From: Proteobacteria bacterium UBA6915
GTDB lineage: Bacteria > Pseudomonadota > Gammaproteobacteria > UBA6915
NCBI GenBank assembly: GCA_002450975.1
Contig: DKAX01000094.1
Location: 2,735-66,734 of the forward strand
Direction of reading: 5' to 3'
Length of the DNA: 64,000 nt
Shown: piece by piece, positions 18,160 to 28,074 of the stretch
How positions within the stretch are numbered: the stretch's first letter is position 1
How the letters are laid out: every line of letters begins with the position of its first letter
Notes under the pieces: generated by a model
What the model saw: only the letters and a program-made list of their open reading frames with translations
Told to the model about the DNA's origin: nothing
Database searches by the model: none
Program-made: the position numbers and the translations under genes

Positions 18160-19227
18160 TCAAACCACCTTGCCTGCCTGCTCCAGAAAGAGGCGCTGCG
18201 TCGGATAGGCGAAGCGGATATCCTCCTTTTCAAATTGTTCAAAAATCGCGAGATTGATGGCCTGCTGGATATCCATGTACTGGTTGTAGTCCGCTCCCAG
18301 GACGTAGTAGACCGATTCGAATATCAAGGCAAAGTCGCCGTAGGCAAAAAAATGCGCACGGTCGAAACGCGTACCCGATTGGTGCTCGACGGCGTTGCGT
18401 ACGATAGTGGGGATCTTTACCAGTTGATCGCGGCGGGTGTCATAGACCACACCCAGACTAAAGGCCACGCGTCTCTCGGCCATACGCCCGTAGTTGCGAA
18501 TTCTGCTCTTCAATAAATCCGTGTTGGAAAAAATAAGTTGTTCGCCGGAGAGGCTGCGCAGTTGTGTGCTCTTCAGGCCAACACGCTCCACCGAACCCAT
18601 CAGATTGTCTATGACCAGAAAGTCACCCACCACAAACGGTTTGTCCAGCACGATGGAGAGCGATGCGAACAGATCGGCCAATACTGCCTGCAACGCCAGT
18701 GCTACAGCGATACCGCCCACGCCGAGGCCGGCGACCAGGGCGGTGATATTGATGCCCATATTGTCCAGCACCAACAGCAATACCAGTGACCAGATAACGA
18801 TGTAGCCGAAAAAGTTGAGCAGGCTCAGGGTGGTGGTGCCGGAGGGATCTTCCGCCAGTTTACGCCGACGATACTGCTCGCTCAGTACGCGAACCGCCGA
18901 GGCGGCCCACAAGCCGATTTGCATCAATAGTGCGACGACAAAGATAGTCGTGCCCAGGTTGCGTATCTGTTCGGGTATCTGTAGCACCAGCATGCCGGCA
19001 AACAGAGCAAGCAGAAAGATAAACAGCCAGCGGCTTTGGTTGACTATGGTCAGCAAGGTGGGCCAGGCAATATGACTGGAGTGGGCCGTCAGGTTACGTA
19101 GCTGGCGCGCGCCCAGCAGGCGGACTACGCCGCCAATCAAAAACAGACACGATGAGATACCCGCTGCAATCATCCATGTGAGCAGCGAATTACCGGCAAC
19201 TTCATTCTGCAGAAATTCCAGAGTCAT
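18160..19227 (-). CDS. MscS-family mechanosensitive channel
   Basis: 355 aa. N-terminal TM helices, pore helix region GGIAVALALQ..LADLFASL, and a beta-domain FVVGDFLVIDNLMGSVERVGLKSTQLRS. Confidence 0.85.
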   Translation of the reverse strand: MTLEFLQNEVAGNSLLTWMIAAGISSCLFLIGGVVRLLGARQLRNLTAHSSHIAWPTLLTIVNQSRWLFIFLLALFAGMLVLQIPEQIRNLGTTIFVVALLMQIGLWAASAVRVLSEQYRRRKLAEDPSGTTTLSLLNFFGYIVIWSLVLLLVLDNMGINITALVAGLGVGGIAVALALQAVLADLFASLSIVLDKPFVVGDFLVIDNLMGSVERVGLKSTQLRSLSGEQLIFSNTDLLKSRIRNYGRMAERRVAFSLGVVYDTRRDQLVKIPTIVRNAVEHQSGTRFDRAHFFAYGDFALIFESVYYVLGADYNQYMDIQQAINLAIFEQFEKEDIRFAYPTQRLFLEQAGKVV

Positions 19228-19313
19228 ATCTCATGTTTCAATTGGTGAAAAGATCTATTCGATAATACGGCTTCCTGGCATGCAGGGAAACCCTTTGGGC
19301 TGACAAGTGTTAT

Positions 19314-20000
19314 CTAGCGCAGGCGACCGACGCCAGGCAGGTCAGAGTGGGTAACGCGCAAAATGGTGTACACGATATAGAGAGATAACAGCGCAGCAAA
19401 ATAGCACCAGACCGAAATAAAGGCGTAACCATAAAATATTGTGGTCAGTGCCACGGATGTGGCAATGATCACGCCAAAATGGCGTATGTAGCGATCCGAG
19501 GAAGGTAACAGCGCCGCCAACACGATCAGCGCGTAAAGAATGCGTACCACAATCCGCGGCAGGTATCCGTCGTAGATTAGGGCTGCCTCATAGACGACAG
19601 AGTGTCTGATGACATCCACAGTAAGCCAGTGGGGGTTGATCAACAGAGGAATATACATCGAAGCGCCGTATAGGGCCCCGACAACAGCAAGTATCAAAAA
19701 GAATCTTTTGCGCAGACCCGGCGGCTCCAGTACATAGCTCGCCGCGGGAATCCACAGCAACCAGAACAGATGAGAAAAGGCCATAAAACCGAGGGCGGCG
19801 AGGGTGATGCGCATGGCATCTTGTGATGCCAGCGCCAGCCACACCAGACCCTCCAGTGCCTGTTGAACGCCAAATAACAGCGGCAGCAGACTAAAAGCCC
19901 AGTAGGGTTTGGCCTGACTGGCGGCCTTGGCCACACAGTAGGCGCCGGTCGGGATCAGAATGGCAGCCGCCGAGAAGCTGGCGGTAGTGGAAAAACACAT
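19314..20000 (-). CDS. Polytopic membrane protein (possibly DUF6629-like)
   Basis: 228 aa starting MCFSTTASFSAAAILIPTGAYC, with about 6 TM helices. Confidence 0.55.
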   Translation of the reverse strand: MCFSTTASFSAAAILIPTGAYCVAKAASQAKPYWAFSLLPLLFGVQQALEGLVWLALASQDAMRITLAALGFMAFSHLFWLLWIPAASYVLEPPGLRKRFFLILAVVGALYGASMYIPLLINPHWLTVDVIRHSVVYEAALIYDGYLPRIVVRILYALIVLAALLPSSDRYIRHFGVIIATSVALTTIFYGYAFISVWCYFAALLSLYIVYTILRVTHSDLPGVGRLR

Positions 20001-20134
20001 AGACGCTCCTTGGTCACTGTGCCCCGAAAACCGGGGAGTGTTTCTGTGCGCGGAGTGTTAACTTTATGATACGACTAAATAGTGGACGGGCAAACCCCTG
20101 GATATAAGATATATTCGACGACTGTGTTGCGCAG

Positions 20135-21094
20135 CTATTGAAAGGCCTCCTGCTCCAGTTCCAGAACTATCTGGCTGATATAGGGCCCGATCTGGGTATC
20201 GAAATTGTGCCAATGTTTGAATTGAGACATCGCTGCTACCACCAGGGGTTTCATCTCATAGTCGGCCAATCCCTCTTCGTAATACTTGCCGACCTCTGTG
20301 CGCAGTGTGCTGTAAAACGCATTGAATGATTGGATCAATTCAATCTTACCGCTGTGACCGTGGCCTACCACCACATGTTTGGGTTTTAACGCCAATGCTT
20401 GCTCGGTGGCGGCCAGTGCCCCTTTGAAATTGCCATGTCCCATGAAGGAGCAGTGTTCATTGTTGACGATATCGCCGGTAAAGAGCACACCATCGTCGAC
20501 CACGTGTACCATCAGATCGGTGACGGTGTGTGCCTTGTCGAACAGTAATACCTGGAGGTTAATGCCACCAATGACATAGGTCTTGGCCTCGGCCGCCTGG
20601 GTCGGGATGACAGCCTTGGTGCCAGCAAAGTCATCACCCAGGCGTTTGCTGAAGGTGTCCAGCCAGAATTTGTCTTCTCCGTTGTTCAGCAGTGCAATCA
20701 GGTTGGCGTGGGCAATGGTCTGCGCCTGGGGAAAGGCCTCTAATAAGGCCTGGTTGGCCAGCCAGTGATCGCCATGCACGTGGGTGGTGAAGATGTGGCT
20801 GATGGGCTTGTCGGTCACGCCCTTGATGCGGTTGACGATCATCTTGCCGATTTCATAACTGCTGCCGGTGTCGATCACCACCACCCCATCTTGGGTGACG
20901 ACAAAGCCGGGGTTGTTGTGAAAGCCATGGCTGACCTTGGCATCCTCGTCGTGGGGGCCGTGTTCGATAACATAGGTGTGGGCGCCGATCTGCTTGGCCT
21001 TGACCGTCGGCCACTCCAGAGCTTGCACGGTTTGGGTGTATATATATAGAGGAAGGGCCAAGGTGGAGCAGAAAATCAAGGTGTTACGCTGCAT
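20135..21094 (-). CDS. Periplasmic MBL-fold metallo-hydrolase
   Basis: 319 aa with a signal peptide, HVHGDHW (HxHxDH) and a later GHGH. Confidence 0.8.
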   Translation of the reverse strand: MQRNTLIFCSTLALPLYIYTQTVQALEWPTVKAKQIGAHTYVIEHGPHDEDAKVSHGFHNNPGFVVTQDGVVVIDTGSSYEIGKMIVNRIKGVTDKPISHIFTTHVHGDHWLANQALLEAFPQAQTIAHANLIALLNNGEDKFWLDTFSKRLGDDFAGTKAVIPTQAAEAKTYVIGGINLQVLLFDKAHTVTDLMVHVVDDGVLFTGDIVNNEHCSFMGHGNFKGALAATEQALALKPKHVVVGHGHSGKIELIQSFNAFYSTLRTEVGKYYEEGLADYEMKPLVVAAMSQFKHWHNFDTQIGPYISQIVLELEQEAFQ

Positions 21095-21483
21095 AAAAGA
21101 CCTCTCGCACTAAAGTGAAACAGTCCCTGACCTCGCCCAACCCTGCGCCGAAATCCCACGGTACGTCCGCCCGCGTCATTGACAATGACAAGCGCAACAT
21201 ACGCCCAGCGCAAGTGGTTTGTCCAGATACGGTTTGTGTTAGGGGGGTGTACTAGGTGGGTTATTTACCGGCAAGTCCGCGACAGGTTTGTGATCCAGAT
21301 TGAAAGGCTGAATATGCAGTGGGCTTGATTAGAAATTATTGGATTGTCGAGGATGGCTCCGTCGGAGAGATCTGCCATATTTATCAAAAGGTACCCACTA
21401 TCTGAACACGTCGATACAATGGCAGCTAATTGTTGGTTTCGCATGAGATAGCAGGTAGCCAAACGGGGCTTGCTGTGTCTTGC

Positions 21484-23808
21484 CTAGGGGGTAAGCCACT
21501 TCGCCAGCAGTGTTTGTAGGTCGTTTAGCTGAAACGGTTTGCCAAGAAAGTCGTCCATGCCATGCTGGTAACACCGTTGAATGTCGTCGTTCATGGCTCT
21601 TGCCGTAACGGCGATTATCGGCATATGTTGCTTGGTCTGTTGCTCGGCATGGCGAATTTTTTCGGCAAGTTCGAAGCCATTCAATAGTGGCATGTTGATA
21701 TCTGTCAGAACAAGACAGTAGTTGCCGCGGCTCCAGTATTGCCAAGCCTGTTCACCATTAGATGCCTCGTCGGCATCATAGCCCAGTGTTGTTACCATGG
21801 TTTTTAGCAAATACCGATTGGGTTCATTATCCTCGGCGATCAGTATTCGTTTTGTGGCAGTCTGTTGTGTTGCCCGTGGGTTGTCAACGGTAGGGGTTGA
21901 GGGAGGTGGATTTGTCTGGTCTTTGTCAGGCGTTTTATTAACTGGTAGATTGACGGTGAATGTCGAGCCTTCGCCGTGGATACTGTGTACATCGATTGTG
22001 CCGCCCATCAACTCTACCAATTGCTTGGTGATGGCCAGGCCTATTCCGGTACCTTCGATATTTTCGAACTCGGCTCCGAAACGCTGAAAGGGTTGAAATA
22101 GTTTGTCTAATTTGTTTGCCGGAATTCCACGGCCATTGTCTTTAACGCTAATAGAGAGAGTGTCCGGTGTTTTGCAGTCGCAAATAACCCAAATAAACCC
22201 GTTTTTTGAATTATATTTGACGGAGTTTGAGATCAGATTGAGTATGACCTGTTTTAGGCGTGTGTGATCCGCATGGACATGGATGTCGTCACAGGCAGAT
22301 ATATTGAATTGAATGGATATCTTGTGATTGTCGACGATGGGGCTGACCAGTTGACGGCATTCGTTCAATACCGTCGCCACCGACAATTGTTCAAGTTGCA
22401 GATTTATCCTGCCCGACTCAACACTTGCCAGATCCAGTATTTCGTTGATCAGGATCAGCAGGTGTTTGCCTGCCGATTGTATGGCCTTGATATCCTTGCG
22501 CTGTTGACTGTTCAATGTTGTATCGTAGTCCAATAGATCAGAAAAACCGATAATTGCGTTGAGGGGTGTACGCAGCTCATGGCTCATGTTGGAGAGGAAT
22601 GTTGATTTGGCCTGATTGGCGCGCTCCGCTTCCTGTTTGCTGGCAAAAAGTTCCTGGGTACGTTCTGTGACCTTAATTTCGAGCAACTTATGCTGCTCAT
22701 CGAGCGCGTGCATGGCTGTTCGGCGGGTTCGTAAGGCATGCGCCAGCCAAATCAGAATCAGCGTCTCCAGGATGATCAAGGGGATACCGTAGATAATGAG
22801 CAGACGATTTTTCTCAAAAAAGGATGGCGTGGCATACCTTATCTCGCTATCGGCAGGTAGCCTATTGGTATCGATGTGCCAGCGTTGCAGGGCCCGTTTA
22901 TCAAACAGGTTGGCGAAGAAGGCACTATTTGGAACCTGATCGGGCGGCATACCGGCAATCAGGTCTGCCATTAGAACGCCGATACGTTCGCTGGACATCA
23001 GATAACCGCCGACAGCTCCTCCACCCAGTAGTGTATCGTGCGTGGTGAATACCGGTACGGATGATCGTGCGGCAAGCTTGGCCAATACATCATAGGGAAC
23101 AGCCCTGGCGCCGGTACGGTCCTGGTTGACCGGTCCGTATATGATGATGGAGTCTGCCGAGAGATCTGCAACTCTTTGATATAGCTCGTCAAAGGTAAAG
23201 TCATTCGTCCATGATTCAAAGCTTACCCGTTGACTGAATTTGGCTTTCCAGATATTGCTAACGAAGAGGTGGGTCATTGGTTCGAGGTTGCCAATAAAGA
23301 TCAAATGCCGCGCCTGAGGAGTAGCAGCTAGCGCAACGTGCAGGTTGTTTTCGTATTCGCTACGTACGGCGATGACGCTCTCATTTCCAGAGACGGGCCG
23401 ATCTTCACCGGGATTGACCAAGTAACGTTTGGTATAGGCGAAAAGTTCCGGGTGGGAGATTAGGAAATTGGCAGCGGCGGTGCTCTCCGTGAGAATCAAA
23501 TCAAAATGGGTGGTGGCATATTTGGATTTCAGATAGTCGATCGTGGCCTGGTTATACTCAGTTACGCTCAGGCGTGCGCTATCCAGGCGCTCTTCAAACA
23601 AAATGACTTCACTCTTTATAGAATCAAGACGTGAATGTAACCCCTGCCGCAAACTCTTCTGCCAGGGAAGTGAGTCGTTGAAAGAGTAAATGATGAGTAC
23701 TTTTTGTCGGACGCTGGCCGATGCGGGCCCGACGCCGCTACACATCAAAATTAAAACGACACTGAGCAGGCCCCTCGTCAGGTTTTTTACCGGTTTATTG
23801 AAAGCCAT
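21484..23808 (-). CDS. Hybrid sensor histidine kinase/response regulator with a large periplasmic sensor domain
   Basis: 774 aa. H-box [15 protein letters not shown]-box [11 protein letters not shown]-boxes DNGRGI / GTGIGLAI. C-terminal receiver ([11 protein letters not shown]...LTDINMP). Confidence 0.9.
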   Translation of the reverse strand: MAFNKPVKNLTRGLLSVVLILMCSGVGPASASVRQKVLIIYSFNDSLPWQKSLRQGLHSRLDSIKSEVILFEERLDSARLSVTEYNQATIDYLKSKYATTHFDLILTESTAAANFLISHPELFAYTKRYLVNPGEDRPVSGNESVIAVRSEYENNLHVALAATPQARHLIFIGNLEPMTHLFVSNIWKAKFSQRVSFESWTNDFTFDELYQRVADLSADSIIIYGPVNQDRTGARAVPYDVLAKLAARSSVPVFTTHDTLLGGGAVGGYLMSSERIGVLMADLIAGMPPDQVPNSAFFANLFDKRALQRWHIDTNRLPADSEIRYATPSFFEKNRLLIIYGIPLIILETLILIWLAHALRTRRTAMHALDEQHKLLEIKVTERTQELFASKQEAERANQAKSTFLSNMSHELRTPLNAIIGFSDLLDYDTTLNSQQRKDIKAIQSAGKHLLILINEILDLASVESGRINLQLEQLSVATVLNECRQLVSPIVDNHKISIQFNISACDDIHVHADHTRLKQVILNLISNSVKYNSKNGFIWVICDCKTPDTLSISVKDNGRGIPANKLDKLFQPFQRFGAEFENIEGTGIGLAITKQLVELMGGTIDVHSIHGEGSTFTVNLPVNKTPDKDQTNPPPSTPTVDNPRATQQTATKRILIAEDNEPNRYLLKTMVTTLGYDADEASNGEQAWQYWSRGNYCLVLTDINMPLLNGFELAEKIRHAEQQTKQHMPIIAVTARAMNDDIQRCYQHGMDDFLGKPFQLNDLQTLLAKWLTP

Positions 23809-24222
23809 GGATCAACCAATAACGATCGCGTTGAATGAAAAGATTAATTCTAGCCTAGTCTGGCCGGGTTGTTTTCTGGGTAAGGGCGATTATTTGCCTA
23901 ATACCTAATGAATAAAGGGAATACGGGGTGTGCCACACTGTCGTCAGGTTGTAGCAAGGCATGGGGTATTGAAGTCGATTTGGTATACGCTGTCTGAAAC
24001 AATACCAATTTTCCAAATAGGTTTTATTTACCCCGAGCTAATCGTGAAATCATCACTGGACTGCGAGTTGCTCATTGGACACGCGGTAATGAAAGTGCTG
24101 CCAGTTGTACTGCTATCAATACGATGTTGCTGCATCCGGCGGTGATATCGAGCGGCACTAAGCCTGGTAGAGTAATGCTACGCGCGGGATTTAGTGATCA
24201 GAACTAAGCATTAAGTCATCGA

Positions 24223-24765
24223 TTACCACATTAAGTCATCGGGGATCTTGTAGTCAGCGTAAGGATCGTCTTCGTCCGGTTCGCTGGCACTGGTCTGCGT
24301 GTCGATGATGTAGGCCGCGTCGCGTTGTTTAATTTTATCGGCCACCGGGGTCGGCACCAGGGCGTAACCCTGATCTAGACGGGCGATGGCTAAGCGACCG
24401 TTGACCAGGCTTTTGTGGACCTTCTCTATGACATGCAGGGTCTTGATCAGGGTACCGTCAGTGAAGTTGTAGGTGATATCGCCGTCACTATTCTGGACGC
24501 GGTTGGTCTCGATCAACTGCCGGATCTGCGCCGTAATCGCCTTGCGCTCGGCCTCCGCCTGACGCTGCTGGTTCAGCTGGCGGTCGCGCTCCGCCTTCTC
24601 CGCCTGGGCCTTTTGCGCCAGCAGTTTGGCCTCCTGTGCCTCGGTCGGTGTGGCATTTTTGCCCTTCTGTTTGGCCTGTTTGTACTGCTGTTGCTTGACC
24701 TGCTTGGCCTTTTTGTCATCCACCAGGCCCGATTTTTTCAATTGGTCAAATAGGGAATTACCCAT
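24223..24765 (-). CDS. DUF2058 (YaiL-like) protein
   Basis: ATG at 24765 is preceded by GGAGG. MGNSLFDQLKKSGLVDDKKAKQ... is followed by a Lys/Gln-rich coiled region, as in DUF2058. Confidence 0.7.
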   Translation of the reverse strand: MGNSLFDQLKKSGLVDDKKAKQVKQQQYKQAKQKGKNATPTEAQEAKLLAQKAQAEKAERDRQLNQQRQAEAERKAITAQIRQLIETNRVQNSDGDITYNFTDGTLIKTLHVIEKVHKSLVNGRLAIARLDQGYALVPTPVADKIKQRDAAYIIDTQTSASEPDEDDPYADYKIPDDLMW

Positions 24766-24910
24766 AACACACACCTCCAACGGCAGAACAGGGGACCGGT
24801 TCCGGTTCCGGTCGCAGGATTATCGCATATTCCGACCCTGGTCGGCCAAGATGACTGTTTTGAACTATCGTCTTGATTTAAAATGCCTCGTCTAATTTTC
24901 TGGAATCGGC

Positions 24911-25606
24911 ATGAGCGCAATCGACGACAAAATCCACCGGGGCCTGGAGCGCCAACTCACCACCTGGCGCGCGCAGGTTGATGGGCGCGGGCAGCGCCTG
25001 GGCTGGAAGGTGGGATTTAATATGCGCGCTGATCAACAACGCCTGGGTCTGCCCTCGGCCATGATCGGTTACCTCAGTCGTGAACACCGCCTTGCCGATG
25101 GACAGCATTACACGCCGCCACCCGGCGGTAATATCCTGGTGGAGCCGGAGATCGCTGTCTATATTGGAGTCGACCTCAGTGCTGATGCCAGCGAACACGA
25201 CGCGCGCGCCGCCATTCACGGCTATACTGCCGCCCTGGAGTTGGTCGACACCACGCGCAGCGTTAACGACGACATCGAAGAGATTTTGGCCGGTAACCTG
25301 TTTCACGACAGTGTGCTGATCGCGGAACCCATGTTTGCGGCTGAACATTTTACGCGTGACCAGTTGCATTTTTCCCTACATATCAACGATAACGAGGTTT
25401 GCACGCTGGATCCGGTGCGCGTACCACAGGATTTCGCCCCGCTCATACTGACGGTTGCGCGTTTGTTGGCCACCTACGGTGAGTGTCTGAAAAAAGGCGA
25501 TTGGATCATTACCGGTGCTGCGGCAAAGCCGGTGGGGGTCAATCCGGGATACAACGTGACATTGGTTATGGGGACGTTGGGACAGTTATCAGTTCAGATA
25601 CGCTGA
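24911..25606 (+). CDS. 2-keto-4-pentenoate hydratase / FAH-fold family protein
   Basis: 231 aa. GWKVGFN...VEPEIAVYIG...ALELVD resembles the MhpD/COG3971 pattern. Confidence 0.55.
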   Translation: MSAIDDKIHRGLERQLTTWRAQVDGRGQRLGWKVGFNMRADQQRLGLPSAMIGYLSREHRLADGQHYTPPPGGNILVEPEIAVYIGVDLSADASEHDARAAIHGYTAALELVDTTRSVNDDIEEILAGNLFHDSVLIAEPMFAAEHFTRDQLHFSLHINDNEVCTLDPVRVPQDFAPLILTVARLLATYGECLKKGDWIITGAAAKPVGVNPGYNVTLVMGTLGQLSVQIR

Positions 25607-25648
25607 TAGTGTAGTCCGCAAATTTTCGCACGGTGTTGCATTCGCTAT

Positions 25649-28009
25649 TTACTGTGCCAATACCTCAAACCTTCGCTGCAGGCGATGACCTTCGATGTCC
25701 ACCACTGTCAGGGTATGTTGACCGGCGGCGAGATCCACGGCGAATTGATGGAAGCGGCGCGTGTCGCCCAGATAGATATCGTCCACATGCCAATAGAGTG
25801 TTGATTCGGCTTGCTGGTGCGCCGCTTCTAACACCACATTGCCGCGTTTGGAGTCGATATCCACGGGAATATAGATGCGCCCGCCGGCCTCGGGATAGAG
25901 GATGGCGATGGGGTTGGCCTCCTGTGTCTGAAACCCTTTGCAGTCGTTACGCCAGGGCGGCAGGCTCCGGTAGTCGTTGTTGTGCTGACGGTAGTACCAG
26001 GCCTGTGCGGGTGGCAGGACAAACCAGTCGCGCGTCTGCATGCGCGTGATCGATTCACAACGACTGTGCACGCGATAGCGACCGCTGGCATCTAGGTGTA
26101 CGCGCAGATGATGGGGCGAACGCTGGTCGAAGCGGCTATGCACCGGTGCCCAGCTGGTTTTTGTTGCGCATTGGCCGTCGCTCAGATAACCGTCGTCGCG
26201 ACAGGTGGTCACCTCTTTGAGGGCAACATGGGGCGGTTCGAACCAACCGCCATCGGGTAGCAGGTTAAAGACATCGAACAATACCGGTGCCGCGGTGGCC
26301 GTTCCGGTCAGGTCGGGGCGCCCCTCGCCGCTGGCGTTGCCCACCCACACGCCGACGGTATAACGGGCATCGGTACCGATGGCCCAGCCGTCCCGTAGGC
26401 CGTAACTGGTGCCGGTCTTCCATGCCACTTTGCGCGCGCCGTCGAAACGGCGCCAATATTGTTCGATGCCGGGTCGATTGACTTCGAGCAGGGCGTCCAG
26501 GGTGAGCCAGGCGCTGGCAGCGCCCAGGCCTGAATCAGCGGCGGCGGGTTTATCGTTTTGTATGAGCCAGGTTGCGTAGTGAAATGCCGGCGCTGCCGCA
26601 CCGACATGGCGCGCCTCATGGGCGAGTCGCGCGTAGAGCATTGTCATATCCCACAGACGTCCTTCGGCGCCACCCAGTATCAGACTCAAGCCATAGTCAT
26701 CGGGTATGCGCGTCAAGGTGCCCATGCCCAGCCGTTGCAACTCATCGTAGAAACGCGCGACGCCATGTTGCTTCAATAGACGCACGGCGGGCACGTTTAG
26801 GGAACGGGCCAAGGCCTGTTTGGCGGGTACGGCGCCGCGAAACTGCCGGTCGTAATTCTCCGGCATATAGCCGCTGTATTGGGTGGGTATATCAGCCACC
26901 AGGGTGTCGGGTAATAACTCCCCTTGTTCGATCATAAAGGCAAACAAGAAGGGTTTGAGAATGCTGCCTGTGCTGCGCGGTCGTTGAATGATATCGACCG
27001 CATGACCATGTTCCGCCATGCCATCATCGGGGGCATTGCCCACGTAGGCCAACACCTGTTGCTGTTGGTTGTCGACGACCAACAGTGCCAGGTTGTTGAT
27101 ATCCTGCAGACGCAGATTACGCGCGTGACGCGCAACGACATCGTTCACGGCACTTTGCAGTTGCAGATCCACGCTGGTATCGAAGCGGTGTTTATCCGGA
27201 TATGTCGCGAACAAGGTGTCGAGCAGATGGGGTGCCAGGCGCGGCATGTCGTGCGGCTGGTGCGGCAGCGGTTCCAGTTGCGCCAGGCGCAGATCGGTAT
27301 CATTGAGATAACCGGCGCTGTGGAGTTGCTGCAATAACCTGTCGCGTTTTTCCTTCAACAGATTGCGCTGCCGACCGGGATGCACCAGTGCCGGACTGTT
27401 GGGCAGCACCGCCAGCATTGCCGTCTCCGCCCACGACAGGTGTTGAGGCTGGCGACCGAAATAACGCCAGGCGGCCGCCTCCAGACCAACCACATTGCCA
27501 CCGAAAGGCGCATTACTGGCGTAGTAGGCGAGAATCTCCTGTTTGCTGTTAGTGAGTTCCAGGCGCAGTGCCAGCACCATCTCGATAGACTTCTGCCAGA
27601 GGGTGCGTGGCTGATTTCCGCGCGCCAGGCGAATGACCTGCATGCTCAAGGTCGAACCACCACTGACGATTTTGCCCTGGCTGATGTTCAGATAACCGGC
27701 GCGCAGCAAGGCCAGCGGATCGACGCCGGGATGCCAGTTAAAGCGTTTATCCTCGTATTGCACAATGGCCGTGGCGAATTTTTCCGGCACCTGTTGCAGG
27801 GCGGGGAAGCGCCACTGTTCATCGGCGGCGATGCGCGCCCCCAGCAGCTGGCCGTCGCGGCTATAGGCGATGCTGGATAGCGGTGTGTCGAACAGCGGCG
27901 TCGGCAGACTCAGCCAGAATAGTAATAGCAGAGACAACAGTGCGCTGAGTCCCAACTGACGGCGCCAGTGGGTCAGGGCAAGATAACGCGACAACCAATC
28001 CTTAATCAC
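25649..28009 (-). CDS. pbpC: Penicillin-binding protein 1C
   Basis: 786 aa. GT51 motifs (EDKRF, GGSTLSMQ), transpeptidase SxxK (STGSILKP) and the long PBP1C C-terminal domain. It lies directly downstream of the A2M gene as in E. coli. The start is GTG and uncertain. Confidence 0.9.
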   Translation of the reverse strand: MIKDWLSRYLALTHWRRQLGLSALLSLLLLFWLSLPTPLFDTPLSSIAYSRDGQLLGARIAADEQWRFPALQQVPEKFATAIVQYEDKRFNWHPGVDPLALLRAGYLNISQGKIVSGGSTLSMQVIRLARGNQPRTLWQKSIEMVLALRLELTNSKQEILAYYASNAPFGGNVVGLEAAAWRYFGRQPQHLSWAETAMLAVLPNSPALVHPGRQRNLLKEKRDRLLQQLHSAGYLNDTDLRLAQLEPLPHQPHDMPRLAPHLLDTLFATYPDKHRFDTSVDLQLQSAVNDVVARHARNLRLQDINNLALLVVDNQQQQVLAYVGNAPDDGMAEHGHAVDIIQRPRSTGSILKPFLFAFMIEQGELLPDTLVADIPTQYSGYMPENYDRQFRGAVPAKQALARSLNVPAVRLLKQHGVARFYDELQRLGMGTLTRIPDDYGLSLILGGAEGRLWDMTMLYARLAHEARHVGAAAPAFHYATWLIQNDKPAAADSGLGAASAWLTLDALLEVNRPGIEQYWRRFDGARKVAWKTGTSYGLRDGWAIGTDARYTVGVWVGNASGEGRPDLTGTATAAPVLFDVFNLLPDGGWFEPPHVALKEVTTCRDDGYLSDGQCATKTSWAPVHSRFDQRSPHHLRVHLDASGRYRVHSRCESITRMQTRDWFVLPPAQAWYYRQHNNDYRSLPPWRNDCKGFQTQEANPIAILYPEAGGRIYIPVDIDSKRGNVVLEAAHQQAESTLYWHVDDIYLGDTRRFHQFAVDLAAGQHTLTVVDIEGHRLQRRFEVLAQ

Positions 28010-28074
28010 GAGTTAGGCAACTGGCGTTGCGGACACACTCAGGTGTCCGCAACTTTGCTTTGTAGTGGAAACGA

